From assembly GCA_033763455.1 (NCBI GenBank), contig JANRKO010000048.1:1-55607 (forward strand): 55,607 nt of DNA, written 5' to 3'. Below the pieces are notes generated by a model. The model worked only from the letters and a program-made list of their open reading frames with translations, searched no databases and had not been told where the DNA came from. The DNA is from Polyangiaceae bacterium (lineage in GTDB: Bacteria > Myxococcota_A > Polyangia > Polyangiales > Polyangiaceae). Shown piece after piece: positions 1-10,097 of the stretch. The position numbers and the translations under genes are program-made. Each line of letters opens with the position of its first letter. Positions within the stretch are counted from its first letter, which is position 1.

Positions 1-73
1 GACTTTGCAGAGCCGAACTGCCCCGGCTCTGAACTCCGGCGTGAACACTCGCCGTTTCCTTCGTTGATGTTTC

Positions 74-1561
74 TTGACCATGGATCACTCCTGGCGCATT
101 CTCGCGCTTTCTTGGGTGTCCACCAACTCGGGGGATCTTCAGTTGGGCTTCTACTCCCTAATGGCGAGACTCACCAGCCGCAGCTGGGCTCTCCTGGGCA
201 TGATCTTACTTGTCACGAATCATACTTTTCTGTGTCGCGTGGCAAACCCCGTTGCGCACATGCCTGTCGCCGCACTTTTCACTTGGGGATGCGCGCTGCT
301 TTTGGCGTGGGAGGAAACGGGTACTCCGTGGCGCATAGCCCTCGCAGGGTTCCTCTTTGGAGCTATCCCTGCAGTGCGGTACCCGGACTCCGTGCTGTTG
401 GTGGGTCCTTTTGTGTACTTGCTGCGCTCCAACCGCTGGGGTTTAAGCGAATGGCCCGTACGGCGCATCGCACTCTCTAGCTTCCTGGTTCCGGTTGCGT
501 TGCTCCTACTCCGGAATCAGGTGGGGTTCGGGGCCTTCTGGCGCACGGGGTACTCGATTTCTGGAGAACAATCGGCCCTGATTGGGCCTTGGTTCTGGAC
601 GCACCTGGTTCAGTATTCGCGGCTGCTGCTGACGAACGGCCTCGGTCCGGTTTTCGTCGCCGGCGTGATGGGAATGCTTTTCATGCTGGACACCAGGCCA
701 GTTGCTCCCTTTGGTGCCCTCGCCCTGCCAGCTGCCACGGCGCAAGTTCTGGTCTACGCCGCCTACTACTGGGCGCCGCCCGAGACCCCCGAAGACACCA
801 TGCGATTCATCATGCCAACCTTTCCCCTTTACTTTGCGGCCGCTGGGTGGCTGCTATGGCGAAGTGTTCAAGCTCTGAATCAGCGCATAGGCGTTCTTGT
901 GATTGCTGTAGCCGTGGCGCTCCAAGCATCATGGCAAGGTCTCAATGGACTCCATCAGTTCCGGCTAATCTCCTACCAAACTGGGATCAACCGAGTGATC
1001 GAGGAGGCCGTACGCAAATATGTGCCAGCGCAGTCGTTGGTGTTGGCGCATCCGACCATCGAGGCGACGCTAGAATACTTCTGGAACTGGAAGCTCGTTG
1101 AGCCAGGGGCATTTCTGCCAGCGCTTGATGAGCCCATGGTGCCCGAGGGGGTGACTGTTCCCTTCGAGCCGGGGCGCGACCGCTCACGGCTTCGACGCTT
1201 CCTCGAAGTTCCCGTTGCGAAACGAGGAAGTATGCTCGCGAAGGAGCTGAGGAAATGGAGCGGGCGCGACGAACTCTATGTGATTTCGCAGGGAAATCTG
1301 CGGCTTAAGGTAGAGGAGGCATTTGCTCCGATCCAGTGCTCACAGGTTGCGTCCATTCCCCTTCCTCCGGTTCCGTGGTGGCCGCGCAGCGAGGGGCACC
1401 TCGGTGCCGCGCTAGATGCCGCCCAGCCAGCTCAGTCTGAGGGAAGCTGGGATCAAGAGCTGCGCGCGGGCGCGCCCCCGGGCCTAATCCCAACGATCTT
1501 CCTGGACTTTCTGAATGTTCGAAATCCGCTACCGATTTATCGCTGCGCGCTTCCGAAGTGA
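74..1561 (+). CDS. Multi-pass membrane protein, probable GT-C (ArnT/PMT-like) glycosyltransferase; 5' end uncertain
   Basis: Many hydrophobic helices followed by a soluble C-terminal domain; RYPD, RNQ..FG and RFIMPTFP motifs typical of GT-C proteins; stop overlaps the GT2 start (GTGA). Confidence 0.6.
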   Translation: MTMDHSWRILALSWVSTNSGDLQLGFYSLMARLTSRSWALLGMILLVTNHTFLCRVANPVAHMPVAALFTWGCALLLAWEETGTPWRIALAGFLFGAIPAVRYPDSVLLVGPFVYLLRSNRWGLSEWPVRRIALSSFLVPVALLLLRNQVGFGAFWRTGYSISGEQSALIGPWFWTHLVQYSRLLLTNGLGPVFVAGVMGMLFMLDTRPVAPFGALALPAATAQVLVYAAYYWAPPETPEDTMRFIMPTFPLYFAAAGWLLWRSVQALNQRIGVLVIAVAVALQASWQGLNGLHQFRLISYQTGINRVIEEAVRKYVPAQSLVLAHPTIEATLEYFWNWKLVEPGAFLPALDEPMVPEGVTVPFEPGRDRSRLRRFLEVPVAKRGSMLAKELRKWSGRDELYVISQGNLRLKVEEAFAPIQCSQVASIPLPPVPWWPRSEGHLGAALDAAQPAQSEGSWDQELRAGAPPGLIPTIFLDFLNVRNPLPIYRCALPK

Positions 1562-2313
1562 CTCCCCGATTTGCTATGCAGACCCTCTCGGTAATCGTTC
1601 CGGTCTATAACGAAGGTCCGCTCCTCAAAGAGTTGCTCCCGTTCCTGATGCGTTCGCCTTGCCCTATCAACCGCGAATGGATATTTGTCGACGACGGTTC
1701 ATCGGACGGGAGCCTAGAGATACTTCGAAACGGTGCTGAGGCGTACGGGTATAAGCTCCTGATGCAGCCGACAAGAAGCGGAAAAGGCGCCGCTGTTATT
1801 CGTGCCATCCAGGAGGCGTCGGGTGATTTTATTGTCATCCAGGATGCCGATCGCGAGTACGACCCCGCCGATATCCCAATGCTGCTGGGGCCGCTCCTAG
1901 AGGGAAAAGCGGATGTAGTTTACGGGAGCCGTTTCAAGAAAGACGGCAACCAGGTCCACCGAACCTATCACTATCTCATAAACCGAGCACTAACGACCGC
2001 AAGTAACCTGCTTTCAGGATGCTACCTCACTGACATGGAGACCTGTTACAAAGTCTTTCGCGCGGATCTGCTGAAGTCAATGAGGCTGGAGTCTCCGCAT
2101 TTTGGCATCGAAGTGGAGCTAACGGCGAAGGTGGCCAAGGTTCGGGCTAGAGTCTACGAGTTTCCGATCTCTTACTATCCTCGCACCCGCCTCCAGGGTA
2201 AAAAGATTGGCTGGAGGGACGGTGTTGCGGCCCTCGGGCACCTGGTGCGCTACAACCTGCTGACTACAGTCGAAGAGTCCTTTACCCACGTCGATGAACG
2301 GTACCGTGGTTGA
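1558..2313 (+). CDS. GT2 family glycosyltransferase (polyprenol-phosphate sugar synthase/DPM1-like)
   Basis: LSVIVPVYNE, FVDDGSSDGS, GKGAAV, IQDADREYDP, DVVYGSRF, TDMETCYK and FGIEVELT motifs. Alternative start ATG at 1576. Confidence 0.93.
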   Translation: MTPRFAMQTLSVIVPVYNEGPLLKELLPFLMRSPCPINREWIFVDDGSSDGSLEILRNGAEAYGYKLLMQPTRSGKGAAVIRAIQEASGDFIVIQDADREYDPADIPMLLGPLLEGKADVVYGSRFKKDGNQVHRTYHYLINRALTTASNLLSGCYLTDMETCYKVFRADLLKSMRLESPHFGIEVELTAKVAKVRARVYEFPISYYPRTRLQGKKIGWRDGVAALGHLVRYNLLTTVEESFTHVDERYRG

Positions 2314-2490
2314 AAGTCACCCTTCTCGCGGCGGCATTCTGTTACGCTCTCCACCCCAAACGTCGATTAAGCCAGCACAATCCATCCAAGCAACCACCAC
2401 CCGCGGCGTGAACCTAGCCGCAGCCTCCCTGCGCCTTCTGGCCGCCTAGCTCGCCCACTGAGCAGGCCCCTTGCGGGCTAGTTACCCCAC

Positions 2491-3897
2491 GTGCTACCGG
2501 GCGCCATGGCGAGGGCGGTTAATATCAATGGGGCATGGTCTGTGGGGGTCAGGCAATTTGGGCGTACGGCGCGGCTCTCAAGGACACTGCTGGCTCTCTG
2601 CGGATTTGTTTCAACGAGCTGTGGCAGCAGCAGCATTGACCCATCACCGTCCGTGACCCCGCCGAGCAAGCCCGCGCCACCGGTCGCTCCTGCCGCCAGC
2701 TCGCAACCGACAAGCACCGCTACGCCTATGCCGATGCCCATGCCGATGCCTGCGGTGACCAGCCCGGCGGTCACGCCAGTCCAAGCGTTTGTGAACGGGG
2801 CACCGCCGTGCGTGCGCCTCCCCAAAAGCACAACCTTAGACCTTGAAGCGGGTTGCGCTGGTGGTGCGTGCGTCGGAATGACGATGGCTGAAGTCAAATC
2901 AGTGCTGGGCGAACCCACAAATTGTGATGCCTTCTCGACGTCGGTGTCTTGTCAGTGGGCAGTGGGAGTAACCCTTCAGTTTGCCGATATCAACCAAGAC
3001 AAGTTGCCCGATGTAGGGGCTGAGTCGGAGTACTTGTCCGTCGACCGACCGTTCAACGGGGCAACCGGAACAGGGCTCGGATTGGGCGTGAGCATGCGGT
3101 GCTTCGCGGAGACCTACGGCGACCCCGTGAATTTGAGCCTGAGCAGGAGCTTTGTGTCCGCAAGTTTTGGTGGCAATAGGAATTTCCTTGGACGATTTTC
3201 TGTCTACGACTTCTCTGGCAACGGAGAGAACCCGGACGGGCGCGCCGATTCCATCACGGTGTTTCAGGGATCCGTACCCCCTGTGAAGTCCTGTCGTATT
3301 GCGGCGCCGAATTGCCCCGCTGAGCGCCCGAAGTGCACCCTAACAGAGGGCTTGAATGGCTTCGAAGCGTCTTGCAAGCCAAGCCTCGGAAACAAGGCGG
3401 AAGGGGAAGCTTGCACTCAACCAACTAACGAGACAGGCATCGATGATTGCGCACCAGGGCTTCACTGCTCAAGCGAGACCGCTCCCCTCCCGATGCGGTG
3501 CCGGCGGTACTGCGAAGTAGGGGGACCAGGCTGCGGTGTCGGGGAGGCCTGCGTCTCCATCTTCGGCAGCCCGGTTGGAAGATGCCTGACAACGTGCACC
3601 GTTTTCGGAGCACCTTGCCCGGAGGGATTGAGTTGCGCGGGAACCCACCTGAACAACGCCTCGATTTGCGTTGCCGCTGGACCCAAAGCGCTCGGTGAGT
3701 CCTGCGGCACGTGCCAGCAGCCAAGTCAGCCATGCACCGTGGCCAGCAACGACCAGTGCCAAGTAGATCTCCAATGTATCCAGCCCCCAGGTGGATCGTT
3801 CGTGTGCAGCCAGGTTTGTGACCCCACGCACCCATGCAGGGTTGGGACTTGCTTCCCCCTTGAAAGCGGCGCGACTTACGGGTTTTGCAAGCCTTAG
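2491..3897 (+). CDS. Cys-rich myxobacterial-type lipoprotein; start uncertain
   Basis: Lipobox-like VSTSC, Pro-rich linker with (PM)n, VGMTMAEVKSVLGEP motif, C-terminal Cys-rich repeats. Confidence 0.7.
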   Translation: MLPGAMARAVNINGAWSVGVRQFGRTARLSRTLLALCGFVSTSCGSSSIDPSPSVTPPSKPAPPVAPAASSQPTSTATPMPMPMPMPAVTSPAVTPVQAFVNGAPPCVRLPKSTTLDLEAGCAGGACVGMTMAEVKSVLGEPTNCDAFSTSVSCQWAVGVTLQFADINQDKLPDVGAESEYLSVDRPFNGATGTGLGLGVSMRCFAETYGDPVNLSLSRSFVSASFGGNRNFLGRFSVYDFSGNGENPDGRADSITVFQGSVPPVKSCRIAAPNCPAERPKCTLTEGLNGFEASCKPSLGNKAEGEACTQPTNETGIDDCAPGLHCSSETAPLPMRCRRYCEVGGPGCGVGEACVSIFGSPVGRCLTTCTVFGAPCPEGLSCAGTHLNNASICVAAGPKALGESCGTCQQPSQPCTVASNDQCQVDLQCIQPPGGSFVCSQVCDPTHPCRVGTCFPLESGATYGFCKP

Positions 3898-4020
3898 GGC
3901 TTTCGGGATACGTGCCTGCGGCTCTCCTCTTGGACGAACACAGCCATCACATGTTAACTCCAACCGAGTCGAAAGCTCATTGACTGTCGTGGTGCATAAG
4001 ATGCATAAAAGGAGAATCTG

Positions 4021-5496
4021 ATGGGGTGGTCATTTCGCCGGTCTGTGAAGATGGGGCCACTACGCTTAAATGTTTCCACTCGGGGAGTTGGGGTTTCGGC
4101 AGGCGTCCGTGGGGCTCGTGTGAACTTCGGGCCACGTGGCACCTATGTGACTGTCGGGCGCGGCGGCTTCCAGTACCGAACGAAGGTCGACGGGCCCGGG
4201 CGGCCCCTTGCGCCCAAGTCCGTCGTAACAATTCCAGTTCGTAGTGACGAGGCCAAGCACGAAGGCGCGATAGCAACCGCATCGGCCTCCGACCTCGCAC
4301 TTTCCTCCCCCGATGAGTTTCTCAAGGAAATCCAGGCCCGACTTCGCAAACCAAACCTCTTTGCGTGGTTCCTGGTAGCCGGTGTACTGACTGCGTTGTT
4401 CTCGGGGGCCCCGCTGGGCGTGGGCATACTTGTAGCCGCCGCGGCTGTCCCCATTTTCATTTGGGATCGCGAACGTCGCTCAGCACGTATCATCTATGAC
4501 GTTGACCAAACTGAAGTCGTGGAGCGGCTCGCACTCGCGAACGAAGTTGGCCGCTCCCTCGGTTCCACCGCGCGGCTCTGGCACATCTCTCACTCGGTTG
4601 CGACGACTGATCAGAAGAAGAATGCGGGGGCATCCAATCTAATACGGCGAACTCGAATCCGTTCGGTTCCAGGCTCACTACCGCGTGTAAAACTGAACGT
4701 GGAACCCTACTGTGTGCCAGCCGGGCCTCAGAAGGTAGTGATGCTGCCCGATCGACTCCTGGTGTGGGACGGTCGGACACTTGCAGGCGTTCCTTACGAG
4801 CACCTAGTAGTGAGCTCCGCAGCGACGAGGTTCATCGAAGAGGAGGGGCTACCCTCGGATTCTCGCCGAGTCGGCACAACTTGGCGCTATGTGAACAAGC
4901 AGGGCGGCCCAGATTTGCGTTTCAAAGGCAACGCAGAATTGCCCGTGATGGAGTACGGCGAACTCAATATCGAGTCCTCGAACGGTCTGAACCTTGTCTT
5001 TCAAACGTCGAACGCCCAAGCCGCTCATGCCGCCAGTTCGGCGCTTTCCGCGTTGGGCCAAAAAGCATTTTCCGATGCGCCAGCACACTTGGCTCACATC
5101 GAGGCACGGCCTGAGCACGCTGTTCCTATCCCCATGCACGCCCCCTCCCCTAGAGATGAGCAGGTGGAGCTCGCCGGTAGCGTCCTTACCTTAATGCGTT
5201 ACGTTGCGGCGGCAGATCGCCGAACGGATAGCGGGGAAGTCGCCTTTGCTCACGCGACGACGGCACAACTGCTTCCTCCCGGCCATCCCGAGCTTCAGCG
5301 CCTAGCCGACTCCTTCCGCACATGCGCCATCGATGAGGCCTCCGTCAGCGCCGCACTAGCAGCAGTGGGTGCAACGAGCGAAGAATACCGTCGCTGGTTC
5401 CTCGATATCGCTGAAAGAATGACCCTAGCGGACGGCAAGGCCACCCCAAAGGAGCGCGAACGCGTGGCGGAGCTCAGGCGCACTTTGGGGGTCTGA
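4021..5496 (+). CDS. DUF4236 domain + TM hairpin + C-terminal TerB-like domain protein
   Basis: N-terminal MGWSFRRSVKMGPLRLNVSTRGVGVSAG is DUF4236-like; C-terminal VAAADRRTDSGE and MTLADGKATPKE are the paired TerB motifs; AAGGAG RBS. Confidence 0.8.
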   Translation: MGWSFRRSVKMGPLRLNVSTRGVGVSAGVRGARVNFGPRGTYVTVGRGGFQYRTKVDGPGRPLAPKSVVTIPVRSDEAKHEGAIATASASDLALSSPDEFLKEIQARLRKPNLFAWFLVAGVLTALFSGAPLGVGILVAAAAVPIFIWDRERRSARIIYDVDQTEVVERLALANEVGRSLGSTARLWHISHSVATTDQKKNAGASNLIRRTRIRSVPGSLPRVKLNVEPYCVPAGPQKVVMLPDRLLVWDGRTLAGVPYEHLVVSSAATRFIEEEGLPSDSRRVGTTWRYVNKQGGPDLRFKGNAELPVMEYGELNIESSNGLNLVFQTSNAQAAHAASSALSALGQKAFSDAPAHLAHIEARPEHAVPIPMHAPSPRDEQVELAGSVLTLMRYVAAADRRTDSGEVAFAHATTAQLLPPGHPELQRLADSFRTCAIDEASVSAALAAVGATSEEYRRWFLDIAERMTLADGKATPKERERVAELRRTLGV

Positions 5497-5674
5497 ATGC
5501 TGCAAGGCCTGGTTACTTCGCGTTCGCCGACGCCTGGCGTCGAGTGCACGTTGCCTCCGCTTTCGTTGCAGGGGCACAGCTGATCACAACGTCCGAGGGG
5601 CATGTCATTGTCCCGGTCCCCCCACGAACCTCCAAGTCTAACTGTAAAGCTGGGGGTATAACGGTTCCCTTTGA

Positions 5675-6250
5675 GGGGGCGCAGTGGCCGCCATTCAGCG
5701 CTCAGATTCTGCCCTTCGACTCAACGTGCACTTCCACGTGCTCGCTCTCGACGGCGTGTACCTGCGAGCGCCTGAAAAGGAAAAGCTCGTCTTCCACTCT
5801 CTGCCGACCCCGACCCGTGCGGAGGTCGCAGACATAGCGACGCGTACGCGCGCTCGCCTGGAGCGCATCTTCGATAAGCACGGCCGTTTTCTCGACTCGC
5901 ATCCGCACAGCGTCGCTGAACCGCACCCATTGGAGCAAGAAGAGCCCGGCCTTTCTGCCTGCTACGCCGCTGCGGCTCAAGGTGTTGCTGTCTCAGGCGA
6001 GCGTGTGGGCCAGCCGGCCCTCCGCATCGTTATTGCGCAGCCCTCGCCGCCACAGGCTACCTCTAATACATCGCCTCCCGGTGAGCCCACAGCTGAAGTC
6101 GGCGGCATCAGCATCTTTGCTAAACAGCGCGTCGACGGTCGCAACCGCCGCCAACTCGAGCGGCTTTGCCGCTACATCACCCACCTCCCGTGGCCCAAGA
6201 CCGCCTGGAAAAGCGCTCCGATGCCCGCTTCGAGGCACGTAGTTCAAGGT
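5675..6250 (+). pseudogene. IS91-family (HUH/Y2 rolling-circle) transposase fragment
   Basis: GAVAAIQRSDSALRLNVHFHVLALDGVY (HUH) and LERLCRYI motifs; N-terminal Zn domain absent; frameshift near 6185, after which homology (PVAQDRLE...FK) ends near 6250. Confidence 0.85.
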
Positions 6251-6392
6251 ATTTCAGGACGACTGCCCGCTCATCCATCGCCAAACCCTAACATCTGAAG
6301 ACCCAAGCGCACGCTCTGCGCAGAGGGCTTGCGACAATCAATGTCCGCCGCATCGACTTTCCGTGCAGCAGCGTTCCTCATCGCCTCACCAC

Positions 6393-7589
6393 CTACAATT
6401 CGCTCTCGGTGTTCGTCGTGATCGCCTCTTTGAAGGCGCCCTTCACATTGTCGAAGATTCGGAGCGCGGGATGGGCTTTGGGCATGACCTCCTGCCCGCA
6501 CGCAACCGCGATGGGGGCGGGAATCGCGGGGAATAGGCACATCGTTTGGAGTCCCGAGTGGGCCGAGCAAATGGACGCGAGTGCGCCTCGGTATGCCGTC
6601 CGGAACGCCAGCAGGTCTTCCCGTCGACGCAGCAACTCGACGCTTGGCTCAGCGCCGCGAGGAACGATCTCGTAGAGGGCGAAGCGATTGTCGACCTCCA
6701 GCGGCAGGGAGGCGAGATCAATCCGCCCACTGATTGAAAGCACTAGGCCAACGCAGTCAGGTGCGGTCCCGGCGCGGAGCGTACGCAGTTCAAAGTCGAC
6801 GATCGGTCCGTCTTCGTACCATCGCCAACCGCGAACGGGGTCGCGCTGCCGCTGAAACAGGTCGACGTTGACCTTGTTGCCCAGCTCTCGACCAAGACAG
6901 ACGAGGACTGGAATGGGCGCGAGCGCCAGCACGGAGTAGTGCTGAACGCGCTTGCTCTCGAGCTCGGCTCGGAGAGCTGGACGGAGTTCGCGCCGGATTT
7001 GGTCGCGGGCGAGGTCGAAGAAGGAGGCGCTCTCGCGCTGGATCGAGGTGAGATCGACAAGTACACCGGGGAGGCGTGCGGGGTAGCGCGGACGGAGCGC
7101 GGCTTCGATGTCCGTGCCCGGAATATCGACGGACTGACCACCGATCGTCCCGCGAACCTGCACGACAGTTGTTCGTTGCTCAGGCCCGAGTGCTGTCAGC
7201 GCGTAGATCCGTTCCTCGTGCTCGAGCTTGTGCTCTTTCAGAAGCTCAACGGAGTAGCTGCTCCTGTCGGCGTTGTCGATCAGGTGATGGCAGTCACCGC
7301 AAAGCAGCATGAGGTTTTCGAACGAGTTGATGTCCGTTGGTCGAGGTCCGCCGCCTCGCGGACCAGCGACCTTGAACGCGACGATGTGCGCAGCCTCTGC
7401 GAAATTGCCTGGTGTTCCGGTCACCGGGTGTTGGAGCAGGTCGCGGTTGCAGCCACGAAACTCGCATCGCCCGGCACTCGAAGCCACGAGGCGCATGCGC
7501 ACGAGGTCAGAAATGCCACGAACTTCCTCGATCGGGGAGCCGCTGTTGGGCTGGGCTTTGGTGGTTGCCCTGGGGCGGGGTTTTGGCAT
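6393..7589 (-). CDS. cap5: CBASS effector: HNH endonuclease-SAVED (Cap5-type)
   Basis: GRCEFRGC...AHI...GPRG...NLMLLCGDCHHLID (HNH) followed by SAVED motifs LAPIPVLVCLG, LFQRQR..GWRW, LSISG and LFPAIPAPIAVACG; last gene of the CD-NTase operon. Confidence 0.9.
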   Translation of the reverse strand: MPKPRPRATTKAQPNSGSPIEEVRGISDLVRMRLVASSAGRCEFRGCNRDLLQHPVTGTPGNFAEAAHIVAFKVAGPRGGGPRPTDINSFENLMLLCGDCHHLIDNADRSSYSVELLKEHKLEHEERIYALTALGPEQRTTVVQVRGTIGGQSVDIPGTDIEAALRPRYPARLPGVLVDLTSIQRESASFFDLARDQIRRELRPALRAELESKRVQHYSVLALAPIPVLVCLGRELGNKVNVDLFQRQRDPVRGWRWYEDGPIVDFELRTLRAGTAPDCVGLVLSISGRIDLASLPLEVDNRFALYEIVPRGAEPSVELLRRREDLLAFRTAYRGALASICSAHSGLQTMCLFPAIPAPIAVACGQEVMPKAHPALRIFDNVKGAFKEAITTNTESEL

Positions 7590-7604
7590 GTCTGCTCGAA
7601 GGGT

Positions 7605-8489
7605 TTAGGTCAGCGGGCGTTCCTCGATGAGCGGCGACGGTTCGAGCTGAGTCAACGCTTCGCGCAACGCTGACGCTGAAAACGGTTCGTTGGCCGCGAA
7701 CGCGGCAGCGACGGCAGCTTCAGCACCTCGCTCGACTAGATCGGAGTAGCTGAACGGCGGCTGGCGCTCAGTCGCATCGACGAGTGCGTCGATGTCGGTG
7801 GGCCCGTGTGGCACCTCTTGGAGCATCTGCTCGAAGAGCGCGCGTCGCGCGGCCGCGTCCGGGCGATTGAACCGGATGAGCTGCGCACGACGAATGAGCG
7901 CGGGATCGAGCGCCTGCACGCGGTTCGTGATGAGGATAACCGCGATCTTGGCGTCGTCGCGCGAGAGCCGGTCGATTTCCTTGATGAGGACGTTGAGTCC
8001 CGCGCGGTCTTCGTGGTGTGCCTGCGACTGGGCGCGGCTCGCGCCCAGGTCGTCGCCTTCGTCCAGGACGAGCAGGCCGCGGTGCTTGCCCACTTTGACG
8101 CGCGCTTCGTTGAACGCTGCGGTGATGCGCTCGGAGAGTTGGCCCACGAGCCCGCCGCCGCGGATGTCGGACGGTGTCTCCACCGTGACGACTTGCTTGT
8201 CTATCGCATTCGCGAGGACCGTCCCAACGGCGCGAGCAAGCTCCGTCTTACCGCAGCCGACCTCACCGCCCAAGATCACGAACGGCGCCCGGTCGTGCAA
8301 GCGTTCTGCAAGCGGCAAGCCCTTCGCGTGGTGCTGCTTCAACCACGTCGAAAGGCGCTCCGGCTCGAACACTCTGAGCAGGTAGTTCAGTAGCGCGGTC
8401 TTCTCGCCGTCGATTCCCACCAAGCGATCATACTTCGCTTGGAAAGCCGGCGACGGATGCTTGGTTTCGTGGAGTTGGATGGTGGTCAT
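7605..8489 (-). CDS. cap6: TRIP13/Pch2-like AAA+ ATPase (CBASS type III)
   Basis: Walker A GEVGCGKT, Walker B LLVLDEGD, QAHHEDRAGLNVLI, ITNR...LDPALIRR; ATGA overlap with the HORMA gene. Confidence 0.92.
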   Translation of the reverse strand: MTTIQLHETKHPSPAFQAKYDRLVGIDGEKTALLNYLLRVFEPERLSTWLKQHHAKGLPLAERLHDRAPFVILGGEVGCGKTELARAVGTVLANAIDKQVVTVETPSDIRGGGLVGQLSERITAAFNEARVKVGKHRGLLVLDEGDDLGASRAQSQAHHEDRAGLNVLIKEIDRLSRDDAKIAVILITNRVQALDPALIRRAQLIRFNRPDAAARRALFEQMLQEVPHGPTDIDALVDATERQPPFSYSDLVERGAEAAVAAAFAANEPFSASALREALTQLEPSPLIEERPLT

Positions 8490-8965
8490 GGCCATGTCCC
8501 GAGCTTGCTGCGCACCAAGCCGTAGCCGTTGCTCGAGAACGCGCGCTGTTCGCTCTCCGGGGCTTCCAATTTCTTGCCGGTAAAGTGCCAGCCCCGACGT
8601 TCAAGCTCGGCCTGGACATATTGGGGGCGGGGCAGCTTCGTGCTCGCAAAGAGCTGCACTGGGGTGCCAGCAGCGAGCCCGTACACATCGATCCCTCCAG
8701 ATGCGGAATCCTGATGGATGGATCCGTCGGCGCTGATCGTGTAACGCAAACCGAAGCTGCGCCCGGCGAGCTGAAGCTCGAAGAACTCAAGCTGTCCCTC
8801 CACCTGCAGGTAGGTGAGGTCGTCGACCCATTTCCGTGCTCGCTCAGCCGTGACCAGCCCCGCGACGACGAATGCGTTCAAGTTGGCGGCAACTTTCTGC
8901 ATGACCACGCGCACGCGCGCCTCGGTCATGGTGTTGGTCTGTGTGGCAGTTGCGGTGTAAGTCAT
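8486..8965 (-). CDS. cap7: Bacterial HORMA-domain protein (HORMA1-like)
   Basis: Thr-rich N-terminus (TYTATATQTNT), AR..M.KVAA.L, LRYT and C-terminal AFSSNGYGLVR resemble E. coli MS115-1 Cap7 as recalled; lies between the CD-NTase and TRIP13 with 4-nt overlaps. Confidence 0.88.
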   Translation of the reverse strand: MTYTATATQTNTMTEARVRVVMQKVAANLNAFVVAGLVTAERARKWVDDLTYLQVEGQLEFFELQLAGRSFGLRYTISADGSIHQDSASGGIDVYGLAAGTPVQLFASTKLPRPQYVQAELERRGWHFTGKKLEAPESEQRAFSSNGYGLVRSKLGTWP

Positions 8966-9969
8966 GGCTTTGCGTCAGAGTGATGGCGGACGGGGGTGCC
9001 GAAAACGCCAACCAGGCATTCCAGGCCGTCATTTTCTCGGCCGTCGTTGAAGGCGGCGATGGCTTCGTACATGGCGTCACGCCCCTCCTCGAGCCAATCG
9101 GCGAACTCGTCGCACATCAGGCCCGACCACTTGTCGACCACGTTGTTGGTCGCGTTGACCGGGTCCTGAACGAGCCAGGTCGCGGTCCCGACGGGCTTGG
9201 TCGCAGCAAACGAGACGGCCGCGCGCTGGCGCACCACCCGCGCCAGAAATCCGAACCAGTCGGCGATCGTCTCACCGTAGGTTGCCTGGACGCCGCGGAT
9301 GTCGAACGCGTGCGCAGCGAGCAGGTTCATGAGGAAGCTGGGCACGCTCGTGAGGACGCGCGCATCGTCCTCGCGGAAGCACCGCCACCATTTCAGGAGA
9401 CGCTGCATTTCATTGAACTTGACACGCCCGGCTACGGCGTTGCTTTTCTCGGTGCGCGACTTCGTGAAGTCGACGTGCTGTTGCACCGACGTCTCACGCC
9501 GCTCGCCGTCCGTGCGTACGAGGATCTGCCGCTCGGGGTCTGACGTACCGAACATCGGCACCAGATCGAAGTGGACCTTGTCCGAGAACTTCAGCTTCAC
9601 CGAGCTCTTGCTCATCTCGCGCTCGGTGTCGGGGTACGACGCCTGCGCGTAGCGCTCGAAATAGGGCAACAGCACCGAAAGCTGCTCTTCTTCCTTGTTC
9701 TTCGGTGAAACGACGAACGGCAGATCCACGTCCTGTCCCTCGACCTCGGCGTGGCCGCGCATGTGACGGCGGAGCCCGGAGCGGGTAGCGAACGAACCCG
9801 AATTCGGCGTCGAACGGATCGTGAGCCCATCCGCCTCGGCCTGACCGCGAATGGCACTCCGAATCTTCTTGGCCCGCGTCTTGATCTCGTCGCGGCCGTC
9901 CGGATCGGGGGCGATCCAGTCGACGAAGTTTGAGAGCCGTCCATGAAGAGTAAGGATGAGGGCCGGCAT
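8962..9969 (-). CDS. cdnC: CBASS CD-NTase (CdnC-like)
   Basis: SGSF...DVD...DLVP nucleotidyltransferase core; ETSVQQHVDF, RLLKWW, SFLMNL, DPVNATNNV and VFG match E. coli CdnC-type motifs. Start taken at ATG 9969. Confidence 0.88.
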   Translation of the reverse strand: MPALILTLHGRLSNFVDWIAPDPDGRDEIKTRAKKIRSAIRGQAEADGLTIRSTPNSGSFATRSGLRRHMRGHAEVEGQDVDLPFVVSPKNKEEEQLSVLLPYFERYAQASYPDTEREMSKSSVKLKFSDKVHFDLVPMFGTSDPERQILVRTDGERRETSVQQHVDFTKSRTEKSNAVAGRVKFNEMQRLLKWWRCFREDDARVLTSVPSFLMNLLAAHAFDIRGVQATYGETIADWFGFLARVVRQRAAVSFAATKPVGTATWLVQDPVNATNNVVDKWSGLMCDEFADWLEEGRDAMYEAIAAFNDGRENDGLECLVGVFGTPVRHHSDAKP

Positions 9970-10018
9970 GTACGTGTCTACAAGTAAGGAGGCGAGGTCG
10001 AAATCAGCGCGTTGCCGT

Positions 10019-10047
10019 ACCGTAAGGATCGCCAACGGAGTCGTCAA
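10019..10047 (-). promoter_or_regulatory. Putative sigma70 promoter of the CBASS operon
   Basis: Minus strand reads TTGACG-N17-TACGGT, 49 bp upstream of the CD-NTase ATG. Confidence 0.55.
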
Positions 10048-10053
10048 GTCCGG

Positions 10054-10086
10054 TATAGCGATTGTTTGCCACCCGAGATCGCTGTA
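10054..10086. promoter_or_regulatory. Inverted repeat, candidate operator for the CapH-like repressor
   Basis: TATAGCGAT-N15-ATCGCTGTA (one mismatch) between the CBASS -35 box and the HTH gene start. Confidence 0.4.
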
Positions 10087-10097
10087 GGCTTAGCCCA

